From: a virus
Length of the DNA stretch: 43,961 nucleotides
IMG/VR virus record: IMGVR_UViG_3300045988_062034
Reading direction: 5' to 3' (one strand)
Part shown: piece after piece, positions 13,192-23,223 of the stretch
How the letters are laid out: each line of letters opens with the position of its first letter
Position numbering within the stretch: position 1 is the stretch's first letter
Program-made: the position numbers and the translations under genes
Notes under the pieces: generated by a model
What the model was told of the DNA's origin: nothing
Databases searched by the model: none
What the model saw: only the letters and a program-made list of their open reading frames with translations

Positions 13192-14415
13192 CTACCTCAC
13201 CCAAATCTTTACTTGTCCGCTATATATCTGGTAGTCCTGTACGGCGCTTTGAGCAAACTGGATCGTTTGGGCTTTACCATCTCCCATATTTGCGCCAGTG
13301 GGCGATGCCGTATTATTTAGCGAGGACGCAGACATCGCGTCATAGTCATAGGTGGATATCCGTGTGATCCAATGGGCTCCGGCAAATATGGCATGTATGA
13401 TTTGATGCTTGATGCCATCCGTGTTGCGGACGGCCACGTTATTTGTGAGGCTTACCCCATTGACTTTAAGCTGCCACCCCATCGTTTGATTTGACTGTAG
13501 CCCCCAGGTCCTGACTGATATCTCTGTTATGTCGGTTACATTCCATTCCCAGTATGCCGTACCCACGTCAGATTCCGAAAATGTATGCTCCCATAGCAGT
13601 GTCCACTCTCCGCTCCCACCCGGCGCGCTCACCTTGCCCCACGCTCCGTCCACCACGCCCGCATACATGCCGTTGTCCTCTACGGTCACCGTGGGGAGGC
13701 CGACGCCATCCGCACCTGCGGGACCCTGCGGGCCGGTGTCTCCGGTGTCACCTTTTGGCCCCTGCGGGCCTTGCCCCCCGGTGTCTCCCTTGGGCCCCGC
13801 TGGTCCCTGCTCTCCTTCCGTGCCAGGCGGCCCTTGAGGTCCTTCCGGTCCTTGCACACCATCCGCGCCCACTACATGCCCCGCGTTGATGGTGGTGCCG
13901 TCTGACAGGGTGATGATAAGGTCGCCGTCCTCATTTACTTGGGCATCTGTAACGGACTTTCCGCCGCCGCCTGCTTGGTATATCTCATTGATTGCCGCAA
14001 CCAAAGAGGACTTGTCCGTGGTTTTAAGGGCCGCTGTGTCTCCGATCATGCTCAATAGCTGATCATACTCTGTGGGGCTCGGGGGCTGAGATGGGTTTGC
14101 GGGCAATGCACCCTCAAAGACCCTGAGACCGTTCGCTGTGTAAATCGTCGGATATCGCTTGTCCCCATTTACTCCATATATGCCTATATGGATATACTTG
14201 CCCGCCCGAAGGATTTCCCATGGGACTGTGCATGTATTATCTGTCAATGCAATCTCAGCGCTGCGGCCCATATCGTCTGTAAACACCGCTGTTTTTGCAT
14301 ATCCATCCCAGGCTGCGTCAAACTCAAATGCTGCCGTATAGATTTCTACCGACCCGGAGACCAGTCGTTCAGACTCTACTAACTCCAGCGTTTGGCCTGT
14401 TGCTCTTAGTCTCAT
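13192..14415 (-). CDS. Tail fibre or baseplate upper protein with a collagen-like triple-helix segment
   Basis: BppU-like N-terminus. About 19 G-X-Y triplets ([57 protein letters not shown]). Confidence 0.8.
   Translation of the reverse strand: MRLRATGQTLELVESERLVSGSVEIYTAAFEFDAAWDGYAKTAVFTDDMGRSAEIALTDNTCTVPWEILRAGKYIHIGIYGVNGDKRYPTIYTANGLRVFEGALPANPSQPPSPTEYDQLLSMIGDTAALKTTDKSSLVAAINEIYQAGGGGKSVTDAQVNEDGDLIITLSDGTTINAGHVVGADGVQGPEGPQGPPGTEGEQGPAGPKGDTGGQGPQGPKGDTGDTGPQGPAGADGVGLPTVTVEDNGMYAGVVDGAWGKVSAPGGSGEWTLLWEHTFSESDVGTAYWEWNVTDITEISVRTWGLQSNQTMGWQLKVNGVSLTNNVAVRNTDGIKHQIIHAIFAGAHWITRISTYDYDAMSASSLNNTASPTGANMGDGKAQTIQFAQSAVQDYQIYSGQVKIWVR
13699..13869 (-). repeat. Collagen-like G-X-Y coding repeat
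   Basis: Residues about 183-239 of the tail-fibre protein. Confidence 0.85.
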
Positions 14416-14762
14416 GTGGATAGCCCTCTCTCAATTGCTGCTGTGATCTCCTCTAGTGCTTCTACGCGAGCCGTGAGGTCAGATAGACCTGGCTTTGGCA
14501 GCGCTGCACGGTCTGCCTCGATCTCCTCATCGGTACGTGCTACTGCCTGTACGTCCTCCAGCTTATACCGGGGGATACCGTCGTCGGTGCAAAGTCCAAC
14601 ACCAAAATAGTGCGTCTGGGCCAAATTGAGGCGGTCACAGGGCGGTCCCTCCTCGATAAGCACCCACCCGTCCAAATTGCTTGGCAGGGTGTATTCGCCC
14701 TCGCATCGGATAATCCGGCCCTGGTCATCTGTTTTGATATAGACTCTTGATGTATTGTCCAT
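14412..14762 (-). CDS. Hypothetical tail-fibre-associated protein
   Basis: SD gaggagg is 7 nt upstream of ATG 14762. C-terminal coiled coil. Confidence 0.55.
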   Translation of the reverse strand: MDNTSRVYIKTDDQGRIIRCEGEYTLPSNLDGWVLIEEGPPCDRLNLAQTHYFGVGLCTDDGIPRYKLEDVQAVARTDEEIEADRAALPKPGLSDLTARVEALEEITAAIERGLST

Positions 14763-14772
14763 TTTGGCCTCC

Positions 14773-15537
14773 TCAAAGTTCTGCACTAGCTGTATAATAC
14801 GTTGTGCTGCCGATTGTAATTGTGCTAAGCGCAGGGGTTGTCCTCATTACAGGCCTAAAATCGTCCTTGTTTGTCGGTCTAACCGACTGAGTCGCGAAAA
14901 TTTGATAGTACCTCTGACACCGTGCCAGTTGCTCCCCGTAATCCGGGATTTCGTTCAGCATCCAATTTCCTGCTATGTCCTGATGGGCAATGGTTTGACT
15001 TGAACCAAGTTCAAGCTTGATTGCTTTCATATTCAACCGCTTGCCAGCATCCAATCTGATGTTCAGACTCTTAGCGTCGCCCTGATAAATATAAATCCCA
15101 TCGCCATATACCCAGTTAATACCATTGGAGTTTGTGCTGGACCTCACAACCCCGTCTTTGTCCATAATGCTTACTGTCCGTGAAACGCCAGCTGGCGTGA
15201 TTTCATACTCAAAATATTGGGCGATATAGATATAATTACCTGGCGTTGTATTCGCATTCACAATAGCCACATAACCATCATTAACTTCAACGTAGCAAAA
15301 ATTTGAAAGCCCTGAAAGTATCTTCCACCTATCAATACCATAGAGTCCACTACTATTTGCATAGCTATCCAGACCACGTTGGTTAATAGGATTCACAAAA
15401 TACCAATTGTCCAGCAGATTACGCCCTGTGAGCTGAGATGTTTTTGTTATGGAGTCATCAATATCTTGGGCGGAGTGTTCGAGCTGTATTACGTCGCTCA
15501 AAATCCCGTTGATCAGTTTTTTTATAATACTTGCCAC
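14773..15537 (-). CDS. Receptor-binding or tail-fibre protein, visibly AT-richer than its neighbours
   Basis: GTG start after SD gaggtga. N-terminal helical adaptor, then a beta-rich domain. Lies between the Tal-like protein and the collagen fibre. Confidence 0.6.
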   Translation of the reverse strand: MASIIKKLINGILSDVIQLEHSAQDIDDSITKTSQLTGRNLLDNWYFVNPINQRGLDSYANSSGLYGIDRWKILSGLSNFCYVEVNDGYVAIVNANTTPGNYIYIAQYFEYEITPAGVSRTVSIMDKDGVVRSSTNSNGINWVYGDGIYIYQGDAKSLNIRLDAGKRLNMKAIKLELGSSQTIAHQDIAGNWMLNEIPDYGEQLARCQRYYQIFATQSVRPTNKDDFRPVMRTTPALSTITIGSTTYYTASAEL

Positions 15538-15546
15538 GCTATCACC

Positions 15547-17670
15547 TCAATAATACAAAAAGGCAATTCCGAGCCCTCCAGTACCACCACGGCTTCCTGC
15601 ACCGCCGATACCGTTCTCGCCATCCCATTTATTTTTTGTTACATTGTTATTCGACGCGCCGCCCGCTGCACCGCCACCGCCGCCGCCGTTGCCGCCCGTT
15701 CCGCCTCTGCCACGGTACTGAGTAGTGGCTGGAGCGTCCGCATCCGCGCCAGCGCCGCCGTCGCCGCCGGTGCCGTATCCATCTCCGCCGTTATAAGTAG
15801 CGGAGCCTGAGTCGCCGTCTTTTCCGTTGTGACCTGCTGCTGCACCGCCGCCATAGCCGCCAATACCTACAACGGTCATTTTGCTGCTCTCGTATCTCGC
15901 GGTTTCTCCCTGTGCGCCGGGTGTGTATGTAACGCCATTATATACGACGCTTTCTCCTTCGCCGTCTTCTCCACTGCCGCTGCCGCCATTCACACCGTCA
16001 TCACCGGGCAGCCCGTATGCGACCCCGCTGAACATTTCGACAAATCCGGTCTCAGACGCACGGCCATTTGCGGTAGAGTATTCTCCAAAAGTGGTGTCCC
16101 CGCCAAGCGAACCCTCTTGTGATCCCTCTTCTGAGTAGGCACCGAAGACTCCGCCTCGTCCAATTTTCACCACAAAGGTTTGTCCCGGAGTTACCGAGAT
16201 CGTAGCAATGTAAATACGGCCTCCGGAACCGCCCTTACCAGCTTTACCACCCGCACCAGGCTTACCGCCGTTTCCATCGCTTTTACTTTCGTTGGTGCCG
16301 TCTGCGCCTTTTTCGCCTGATGCACCGCCTTGGCCGCCTGAGATGAGGACAAGGCGCGCCTTACCCTTTGCCTCTGCCGGGATTGTGATCGTCTCATCTT
16401 CGGTGAAGATACGCAGGTGCTCATAATAATTGCCAATTCCGGTGGGTGTGTACCCCTCCACAAATTCGGTTTGCGCTCTGAGCAAATTGGATATATTGAT
16501 ATCCATGGACTTTATAATGCCCGTTATTGGATCGCCAAACGGGTCATCCATGCTTATTGGGTCGCCTGGACGTTCCGTACCGACCACAAGATCATTGGAG
16601 ACAGTGCGCGCGTTGCTGTAGTAAGCAAGTACGCGCTCGGCCACATTTTCGGAATTTGCCAGATTTACAAGCGTCGCGTCCGTAACAGTAGCGGTGTTGT
16701 CCTTGCTGGCCCCGGCCTCGCCGCGTAAAATTTCCCGTACAATGTGCGTATACTTTTGACCGGTGAGGAGGCAATCTGAGCTCTGTGCCAGTACGGCGTA
16801 GTTTACGCCGCTCTCTAAAATTTCCCCGTTGTCAATCCGAAGATCATGTATCGGGTCATCAAACGGCACAAGCACACCAGATACATTGAATCCATTGGGA
16901 GTAATGATATCTTCCGCCGCCGCCTCGCCCGAAAACAACGTGGCCGTCTCGTCGGATGCAAATGCTATGTATGTGTGCTCCGCAACCGAAACCGCTGTGG
17001 ACGGTGTGTTGTAATCAATGCTGCCGCCCGAAAACAAACGGCTCTCTTCGATTTCCGCTGGATCGCTGTCTGTGAGAGCTGTGATCCGTATCATTCCGTT
17101 CGCGTCTTTTTTCAGTGCGAGCCCCATCACAAACAAAAGCTGGTGGAGGTTTTCTCTCCGCGTCCCGATGGGCAGCCAGTTATAGACGGGGATGCTTTGA
17201 TATGCCTCGTCTATGCTGTACTCTACCGTGCCGGAAATAATATCTGCGACTACATCGGACAGGGCTTGTCCCGTGTACATGCCGCCGTAATGCTGGGTAT
17301 TATCCAGCAGACCGACCCCTGAAATGCAGGAGAGCTTATAATGGATTAGCCCCACCCGCATCACAGATGACAAGAAAAACTTACCGATCAGCACATCGTC
17401 ATGGTAGTAATATACTGGCTCGCCATAGACATACTGTGTCAGATCATCCAGTCTGGGCCTGGCCACAAGGAAGTGCCCATTTGAATCACACAGGAGATAC
17501 CCGTCCGAGTCCGTCAGCGGGAAAAACTGCGTGTCGAAGCTTTTGACCGTCACATCCAAGGTATCAATTGTGAGCTCATCTCCAGCAATGGAATTGCCGA
17601 TGAAACAATGTCCCTCCTTGATATCCTTGGCTGTGAAGGTCCGGTCCCCATATATAATTTTATAGCTCAT
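15547..17670 (-). CDS. Tail-associated (Tal-like) baseplate protein with a glycine-rich C-terminal domain
   Basis: 707 aa, immediately downstream of the Dit-like gene. C-terminal third is GG-rich (GGTGGNGGGGGGAAGG). Confidence 0.7.
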   Translation of the reverse strand: MSYKIIYGDRTFTAKDIKEGHCFIGNSIAGDELTIDTLDVTVKSFDTQFFPLTDSDGYLLCDSNGHFLVARPRLDDLTQYVYGEPVYYYHDDVLIGKFFLSSVMRVGLIHYKLSCISGVGLLDNTQHYGGMYTGQALSDVVADIISGTVEYSIDEAYQSIPVYNWLPIGTRRENLHQLLFVMGLALKKDANGMIRITALTDSDPAEIEESRLFSGGSIDYNTPSTAVSVAEHTYIAFASDETATLFSGEAAAEDIITPNGFNVSGVLVPFDDPIHDLRIDNGEILESGVNYAVLAQSSDCLLTGQKYTHIVREILRGEAGASKDNTATVTDATLVNLANSENVAERVLAYYSNARTVSNDLVVGTERPGDPISMDDPFGDPITGIIKSMDINISNLLRAQTEFVEGYTPTGIGNYYEHLRIFTEDETITIPAEAKGKARLVLISGGQGGASGEKGADGTNESKSDGNGGKPGAGGKAGKGGSGGRIYIATISVTPGQTFVVKIGRGGVFGAYSEEGSQEGSLGGDTTFGEYSTANGRASETGFVEMFSGVAYGLPGDDGVNGGSGSGEDGEGESVVYNGVTYTPGAQGETARYESSKMTVVGIGGYGGGAAAGHNGKDGDSGSATYNGGDGYGTGGDGGAGADADAPATTQYRGRGGTGGNGGGGGGAAGGASNNNVTKNKWDGENGIGGAGSRGGTGGLGIAFLYY

Positions 17671-18065
17671 GGCGTCACCTGCGGGTTAACTGGGACAAAA
17701 TTGACTTCTATTTCGTCCCAGTAATTTACGCCGTCCTGCACCGTTCGTATTTTTCTTTTGCCGGATGTATAATATGCTTCGTATATAATGGTGCTTTGCC
17801 CATCGGCGGCTTCAAGTGTTACAAAGTCGTCCACAGAGTGCTGCACCAGGTAATCCCATAGGGCATCGAACCCTTCTGCGTTGCTTGCGCTGAAAAAAGT
17901 GATTTTATGTCCAATATATGTACCGATGACATCCCTGACCATGCTCCCATTCTTTACTCGCCCTGCATTTTCTCCATCCAGCACGTTAAAGTTTTCTTCG
18001 TAGTCTGAGATCGCTACTTTGGCGTCGAAGGACTGACCATTGATTTTGATATAATTTGCGCTCAT
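17667..18065 (-). CDS. Distal tail protein (Dit-like)
   Basis: Position immediately after the tape measure gene. SD gaaggtga upstream of ATG 18065. Confidence 0.55.
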   Translation of the reverse strand: MSANYIKINGQSFDAKVAISDYEENFNVLDGENAGRVKNGSMVRDVIGTYIGHKITFFSASNAEGFDALWDYLVQHSVDDFVTLEAADGQSTIIYEAYYTSGKRKIRTVQDGVNYWDEIEVNFVPVNPQVTP

Positions 18066-18076
18066 ATGTATCACCT

Positions 18077-20578
18077 TCAAGCCTTGACTAATTTATATCC
18101 ACGCCGCTTTGACTCGTCGTCCAGCTCGTAACTCAGGTATCGCGTTAACCCGGATGCGGGCTTTATAGTAATCGTGAGCTGGCCGCCGTAAACCCCACTG
18201 CCCGACTGCATTCCGCGAGCAACGGCAGCTTCAATTTCAGATGCGGGGGCCTCGATATTGGTCCCGCTCTTTTGATCACCCAGAATAGCCAAAAACTCCC
18301 GGTTGGGCGGAATGACGGCGCCACGGGCCAGAGCCGGAATGCTTTTTGTGCTAATAGCAGCAGACATTCTGGTTGAGGAAGAATTTATTGTTGGCGCAGA
18401 ATTTTTTGCGTCTGTGAATTGGCCTGTTATCCAGCCGACTTTTTCTGACACCCAGTTTGTTACACTCGACCAAACGCTTTTAAGCCCGTTAAGCAAACCA
18501 TTGAGTATGTCTTCCCCGAGGTTTGCCCAATAATCCAGCGTAAAGAATTTGGCTGGCCCAGCATCCCACCAGGATACAAAGCTGTCCCAGGCCCCAGAAA
18601 TTGCATCCTGAATGAAATTCCAGTTTGGCGTGATTGCGAGAACAAGCCCGGCAGCTCCTACGGCGATCAGCCCAAGTCCTAGCGGTATACCGGCCCCGGT
18701 AAACAGCAAAACCACGCCAAGCACAAGCAAAGCGCCGCTAACTATTGCAGTCACCGCCCCGATGGGGCCTTGCATTGCCGTTTGAATTGTTTCCCAATTA
18801 ACAACTGCCGTTGTTGCAAGTCCTACGGCCCCCACGATCAAAAGGCCAATCCCAAGAGGGAGGTTTGTGCCAGTAAAAACGAAAACCGCGCCAAGAACAA
18901 GAAGTGCTGCGCTGACAGCGGCGATAATAGCTCCAATAGGGCCTTGTAAAGCCGCCTGAACGGTTTCCCAGTTTAAGGCGGCGGCAGAAGCCAGCCCAAC
19001 GGCTCCAGCTACCATAAGCCCGATGCCAAGAGGAAGATTTGCGCCAGAAAATATAAGAACCGCGCCAATCACCAGAAAAGCTGTTCCCACCAAAAGCAAA
19101 ATGTCTGTGACTACCTGTTTAATACTTGTGGTCGCGCCATCCCAATTAAGCGCAATGGCCGCTGCAAGAGCCACGGCCCCAGCCACCAGTAACCCAATGC
19201 CAAGGGGGATATTGGCACCAGAAAATGTAAAGACAGCGCCCAGAACCAAAAGCGCACCACTTACGATTTCCAAAATGCCGGTAATGGTGTTTCTCACTTC
19301 GGCATCCATTGACCCCCAGTTTATGGCCGCCGCCGCTGCAAGAGCCGCGGCTCCAGCCGCAATAAGCCCGATGCCAAGAGGAAGATTTGCACCGGAAAAC
19401 GCCAATACTGCACCAATTACCAAAGCTGCCGTGCCAAGAATTACAAGGACTCTTGTAATGGCCGTTTGCAAAGGGCCATCAAGAGCGCCCCAGTTTTCAG
19501 CGAGCACAGAAACAAGGCCGATTGCTCCCGCCGCCATAAGTGCAAGGCCGAGAGGGACATTGACGCCAGAAAAGGCAAGAAGAGCGCCAAGTGCAAGTAG
19601 TGCACCAGAAACGTACACCGTCAGCTCGTCAATTTTCCGCTTGTATTCTTCTGTGTTAAAATCCTCAAAAATCGGGCTGATTCCCTCCGAAGCAGCCGCT
19701 CCAGCGCCTCTCCCTTGTTCGTTTTCAGACAGCTTGTTGATGGTGTCAAAGCTGGCAAGCGACTTCTCCGCGTCTTTTGCCGCGTTCCCTACACCGTTCA
19801 GGGCTTCTGTTTCCTTATACAGTCCCTCCGCCGCCTCTGCCGCCTGCTCTTGCGTCATGCCAAACATAGCGGATACAACGCTCGATATGGCGGTGACGAT
19901 TCGATTCAGAATATTTACAAATGTTGTGAAGGCTGGTATAATGACGTTGAAAAGCGGCTGAACCATCGTCAGTAAAGCGCCCTTGAACCGTCCAACGGCT
20001 TCCGACGCTTCATCGTTTACCTTGATGATTTTCCCCATCCACTCTGTAAACGCAGTCACCGCCCGGAACGCAAAGCTGAACATAAGGCTCATTCCGATTG
20101 CCCGCCCGATATTGTCGGCAAAACGAGACGCCTGTTTTCTGGCCTGGTTCATCGAATTAGCCAGTTTTTCCACATTAGCGCTTCCGGTAGCAAGATGTGC
20201 CTGAATGGCTCCGGCCCGCTCTTCTGACAGGTTAAGCTCTAAGCTTGCCTTACTGATTGCGTTGTTGTAGCTTTCAACCTGACCTTGTACCTTGTTCCAT
20301 TCGTTTTGAAGCAGACGTACCTGCTCCTTTTGCTCCTGGATTTCCGCTTTACCTACACCGCCGTAGCTTGTGCTTTGGAGAGAAGTCAACTTTGCCTTTG
20401 CAGCGTCAAGCCGCGCACCCAGTTCCTTTGACTGTTCCACCAAAGGCATTTTCTGCTGTTGCTTGACATAAATTTGGTCGTTGAGCGTTTGAATCTTCCG
20501 GTTAAGTCGATTTAGTTCCTGTTGCGCTTTTTTATCATCAATTCTGGTTTCAATGATGATTGAACCATCTGCTGCCAT
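18077..20578 (-). CDS. Tape measure protein
   Basis: 833 aa. N-terminal coiled coil, then six hydrophobic 58-aa repeats. Canonical position downstream of the chaperones. Confidence 0.85.
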   Translation of the reverse strand: MAADGSIIIETRIDDKKAQQELNRLNRKIQTLNDQIYVKQQQKMPLVEQSKELGARLDAAKAKLTSLQSTSYGGVGKAEIQEQKEQVRLLQNEWNKVQGQVESYNNAISKASLELNLSEERAGAIQAHLATGSANVEKLANSMNQARKQASRFADNIGRAIGMSLMFSFAFRAVTAFTEWMGKIIKVNDEASEAVGRFKGALLTMVQPLFNVIIPAFTTFVNILNRIVTAISSVVSAMFGMTQEQAAEAAEGLYKETEALNGVGNAAKDAEKSLASFDTINKLSENEQGRGAGAAASEGISPIFEDFNTEEYKRKIDELTVYVSGALLALGALLAFSGVNVPLGLALMAAGAIGLVSVLAENWGALDGPLQTAITRVLVILGTAALVIGAVLAFSGANLPLGIGLIAAGAAALAAAAAINWGSMDAEVRNTITGILEIVSGALLVLGAVFTFSGANIPLGIGLLVAGAVALAAAIALNWDGATTSIKQVVTDILLLVGTAFLVIGAVLIFSGANLPLGIGLMVAGAVGLASAAALNWETVQAALQGPIGAIIAAVSAALLVLGAVFVFTGTNLPLGIGLLIVGAVGLATTAVVNWETIQTAMQGPIGAVTAIVSGALLVLGVVLLFTGAGIPLGLGLIAVGAAGLVLAITPNWNFIQDAISGAWDSFVSWWDAGPAKFFTLDYWANLGEDILNGLLNGLKSVWSSVTNWVSEKVGWITGQFTDAKNSAPTINSSSTRMSAAISTKSIPALARGAVIPPNREFLAILGDQKSGTNIEAPASEIEAAVARGMQSGSGVYGGQLTITIKPASGLTRYLSYELDDESKRRGYKLVKA
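18614..19621 (-). repeat. Six tandem 58-aa (174-nt) hydrophobic repeats inside the tape measure protein
   Basis: F(S/T)G(A/V/T)N(L/I/V)PLG(I/L)GL recurs at residues 336, 394, 452, 510, 568 and 626. Confidence 0.8.
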
Positions 20579-20607
20579 AAAATCATCACCTTTGGAGGGG
20601 AATTGAA

Positions 20608-21171
20608 ATGGGAAAACTGATGAAATGTAAGACTTGCGGGGCGGAAATCACAAAGTCGGAAAAAGCATGCCCCCTCTGCGGGGCGAAGCAGCACAAGGGC
20701 GTCTATGTTGCCTGCGCGGTGGTAGCGGCGATCGCCGTCATTGGCTGTGTGGCCGTCGTGGCCGGTTCCATGGGCGGTAGAACGTCCAGCACCCAGAACA
20801 CTCAGGGCGACCACACAGCCAAAACCTTGACATTTTCCGGTGATGGCTTCGAGGCGGAGTACAAGGGCTGCTCCAGCTCCGACTTAGTGGACGGGTGCTT
20901 TTATGTCTCCCTCTCCGTGAACAACACAGGCGACGTAGAGCAAATGTACGTGCTCGATGATGTCTATGTGGAAAATTCTCACTGTTCCACAGGGACAGGC
21001 TTGCCCGTGACTGCTCTTCCAGGGAAAGGTGTGACTGGATCCTTCATCGTGTCTTGTGAGACGCCGCTTGAAGATGTTGAAAAAGTGGAGTTCCGCCTTT
21101 CTGTCTTAAATAGCGAGACGCTGGACCAATTGACGGAAAGCGATGTGATTACGGTCTACCCAAATGGATGA
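20608..21171 (+). CDS. Moron: a zinc-ribbon, transmembrane-helix and extracellular beta-domain membrane protein
   Basis: CKTCGAEI...CPLCG, transmembrane segment VYVACAVVAAIAVIGCVAVVAG. Opposite strand within the tail module. Has its own SD and terminator. Confidence 0.75.
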   Translation: MGKLMKCKTCGAEITKSEKACPLCGAKQHKGVYVACAVVAAIAVIGCVAVVAGSMGGRTSSTQNTQGDHTAKTLTFSGDGFEAEYKGCSSSDLVDGCFYVSLSVNNTGDVEQMYVLDDVYVENSHCSTGTGLPVTALPGKGVTGSFIVSCETPLEDVEKVEFRLSVLNSETLDQLTESDVITVYPNG

Positions 21172-21173
21172 TC

Positions 21174-21202
21174 AAGGCCGCTCCTTTTGGGGCGGCTTTT
21201 TT
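21174..21202 (+). terminator. Rho-independent terminator of the moron
   Basis: aaggccgctcc tttt ggggcggcttt with a T-run. Confidence 0.75.
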
Positions 21203-21767
21203 ATGTCCACGCCTTGATTAGCGCTTCCTCTGACTCTGTGTAGCGGACCTTTATATCTACAATTTCTTTATTTTTTCTGTAAAATTCTTGTTCGGTTTTA
21301 TCCAGCCTTTTGCCTTTTGCCTTTTTGCTTCTAATTCCAACGATTTGGGCAAACAGGCAATCGCCGATTTCCATGTACGCGGAAAGAAAGGTCCACCAGT
21401 GTACGCCGCCTGTGTTGGACTCCGTGTCGTACTCTAACGCCCTGGTCTCATAGCCCAGCACCCGGTTTACCGGGGCCACGATGTACTGGAAGTCTTGCTC
21501 CCACGCCACAAGCTGAGGTTGCTTTTTTTGCCCCTCCTGCTCCTGGCCGCCGTTGATAAATTTGAAGCACTCTTTTAATGCAACGTCGTAGTCGGTCAGC
21601 ACCTCGAAGTCCACATAGAACATCTGGAGCACGGCAAGGGCACGATCCTCGTCACTTAGTTCCGGGTCGTTTATTGCCTCAAAAATGTCCAGGATGACCC
21701 GGAAGTCATAGCGAACGGCAAATTCCTTCCCGTCTATTTCAACGCTTTTGGGGAGTCTGTAGCCCAT
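21201..21767 (-). CDS. Gp15-family tail assembly chaperone-like protein
   Basis: Position upstream of the tape measure gene. Motifs DFRVILDIFEAINDPELSDEDRALAVLQMFY. Confidence 0.6.
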   Translation of the reverse strand: MGYRLPKSVEIDGKEFAVRYDFRVILDIFEAINDPELSDEDRALAVLQMFYVDFEVLTDYDVALKECFKFINGGQEQEGQKKQPQLVAWEQDFQYIVAPVNRVLGYETRALEYDTESNTGGVHWWTFLSAYMEIGDCLFAQIVGIRSKKAKGKRLDKTEQEFYRKNKEIVDIKVRYTESEEALIKAWT

Positions 21768-21778
21768 GCCGTACTACC

Positions 21779-22207
21779 TCACTTGTGGTACTTCTGATAT
21801 TTTGCAGTGTATTTTGCAATTCGTGGATTTGTTGATTTCTGTTCTCTGGTGTATGTGCTGTCGATTTCGTCCATCACGGCCAGCATCAGGTTGCACCACG
21901 CCGGAAGCCCAGCGGCCACAGCGTAAACGTTCATATCGCCAAAGAGTACATCACTCACCGGAACGCCAAACAGGCCGTCGATGATTCCCCGCATTTCAGC
22001 ATCCCGCTCCCTGGCAAAGTCAAACACCTCTCGTTTGTTTGCCATCTTCTCGACCTGGGCCTTATATCCCTCCTGCTTCTTGTCTAGTTCCTCAAAGGCG
22101 GAGTAAAGGCGCTCCACAAAGTTGCTGTCTGTTGGGTTAAATGTGACCTCACACTTTCCGTTCAGAGAGTAAGTAACAAGGCCCGATTCAAAGTTCAGTT
22201 CCTTCAT
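21779..22207 (-). CDS. Tail assembly chaperone
   Basis: Position between the major tail protein and the Gp15-like gene. Confidence 0.55.
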   Translation of the reverse strand: MKELNFESGLVTYSLNGKCEVTFNPTDSNFVERLYSAFEELDKKQEGYKAQVEKMANKREVFDFARERDAEMRGIIDGLFGVPVSDVLFGDMNVYAVAAGLPAWCNLMLAVMDEIDSTYTREQKSTNPRIAKYTAKYQKYHK

Positions 22208-22210
22208 GTG

Positions 22211-22738
22211 TTACACCACCCCGCCAGGAGTAAAGGTGACCGTGCTGCCGGTTCTCGTTACTGTGCCAAGGGTACGCTCGCCGCCGTAGGTAATCTCTGT
22301 GGAAATTTCCAGGTTGCCTCCGCCCTCGCCGCCAATGCGGGTCACGGCAATGGCGCTCCCGCTGTACCGCTCTGCAAAGGTAGCCTCGCCGGAATCGGCG
22401 TAGAAATGAGCGATCAGCATATCCTGGTTGGCAAGAGACTGGGCGTTCTGGTCCTTTACACCAAGATTCCACAGCTTTACTGCTGCATCGTCTCCAGCGT
22501 CCATAGGGATAGGGTCAAAAGACTGGGTAATGATGGGCTTCTTCATGGTGGTCCAGGTGTTTCCCAGGATGTCCTGCGTGGATTCCTGGCTCCAGTCCAT
22601 TTCCTCATCGGAGTCTTCCACGCGCTTGCCGAACGCACTCCATGTGGGAGTCTCTGCGGTCCCTGTGTTAAGATAGGCGATCAGAAGTTCTCTGGCAATG
22701 GTCTGGCCCGCCGTAGTGTTAAATTCAAGGTCTGCCAT
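22211..22738 (-). CDS. Major tail protein
   Basis: 175 aa and beta-rich. Canonical position. ATG 22738. Confidence 0.7.
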   Translation of the reverse strand: MADLEFNTTAGQTIARELLIAYLNTGTAETPTWSAFGKRVEDSDEEMDWSQESTQDILGNTWTTMKKPIITQSFDPIPMDAGDDAAVKLWNLGVKDQNAQSLANQDMLIAHFYADSGEATFAERYSGSAIAVTRIGGEGGGNLEISTEITYGGERTLGTVTRTGSTVTFTPGGVV

Positions 22739-22752
22739 TATGTTTTCTCCTT

Positions 22753-23223
22753 TCACACGCCAACTTCATAGGTCAGCTTCATCAAAATTTGGTAATCCTC
22801 ATATCCATCCTCATAGGAGGCAAATTTGGAGGACTGAGTGGTGGGCTCTACTCTGAGCGCCCGAATCTCGTCTCCCAAATCAGGGAGATTTTTTCTTGCC
22901 CAGTCACCGAAGTGGTTCAGCCGCTCGTCCGCCTCCAGGCGCTTATCATTGCTGCGCCCCGGCTTGATGCGGTAAATCAGCTTAAATTGGTACTCCGCCT
23001 GATAACCGGCCAAGATAAATCGTTTTGTGATATAGGTCCCCTGAATGGTAGACAGGGCCATACCGGTCTCGTCCCCCTGGTCGGCGGTCAGGAACTCATA
23101 CTTGATGATATCCACCGGCTTCTCCGGGAAGGTGTTGGCCCATACCAGCATTGAGCGGGATATCTTGCCTACTTCCTCTGCCGCCGCCAACATGCGAGGT
23201 TTTTCTTTCTTATCAGAGATCAT
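22753..23223 (-). CDS. Tail terminator or tail completion protein
   Basis: Gene order. Confidence 0.5.
   Translation of the reverse strand: MISDKKEKPRMLAAAEEVGKISRSMLVWANTFPEKPVDIIKYEFLTADQGDETGMALSTIQGTYITKRFILAGYQAEYQFKLIYRIKPGRSNDKRLEADERLNHFGDWARKNLPDLGDEIRALRVEPTTQSSKFASYEDGYEDYQILMKLTYEVGV

Noticed and set aside
13192-17670. A diversity-generating retroelement targeting the tail fibre genes
   Set aside because: No reverse transcriptase-like ORF (no YxDD-type motif) exists anywhere in the window. I found no template/variable repeat pair near the fibre genes.
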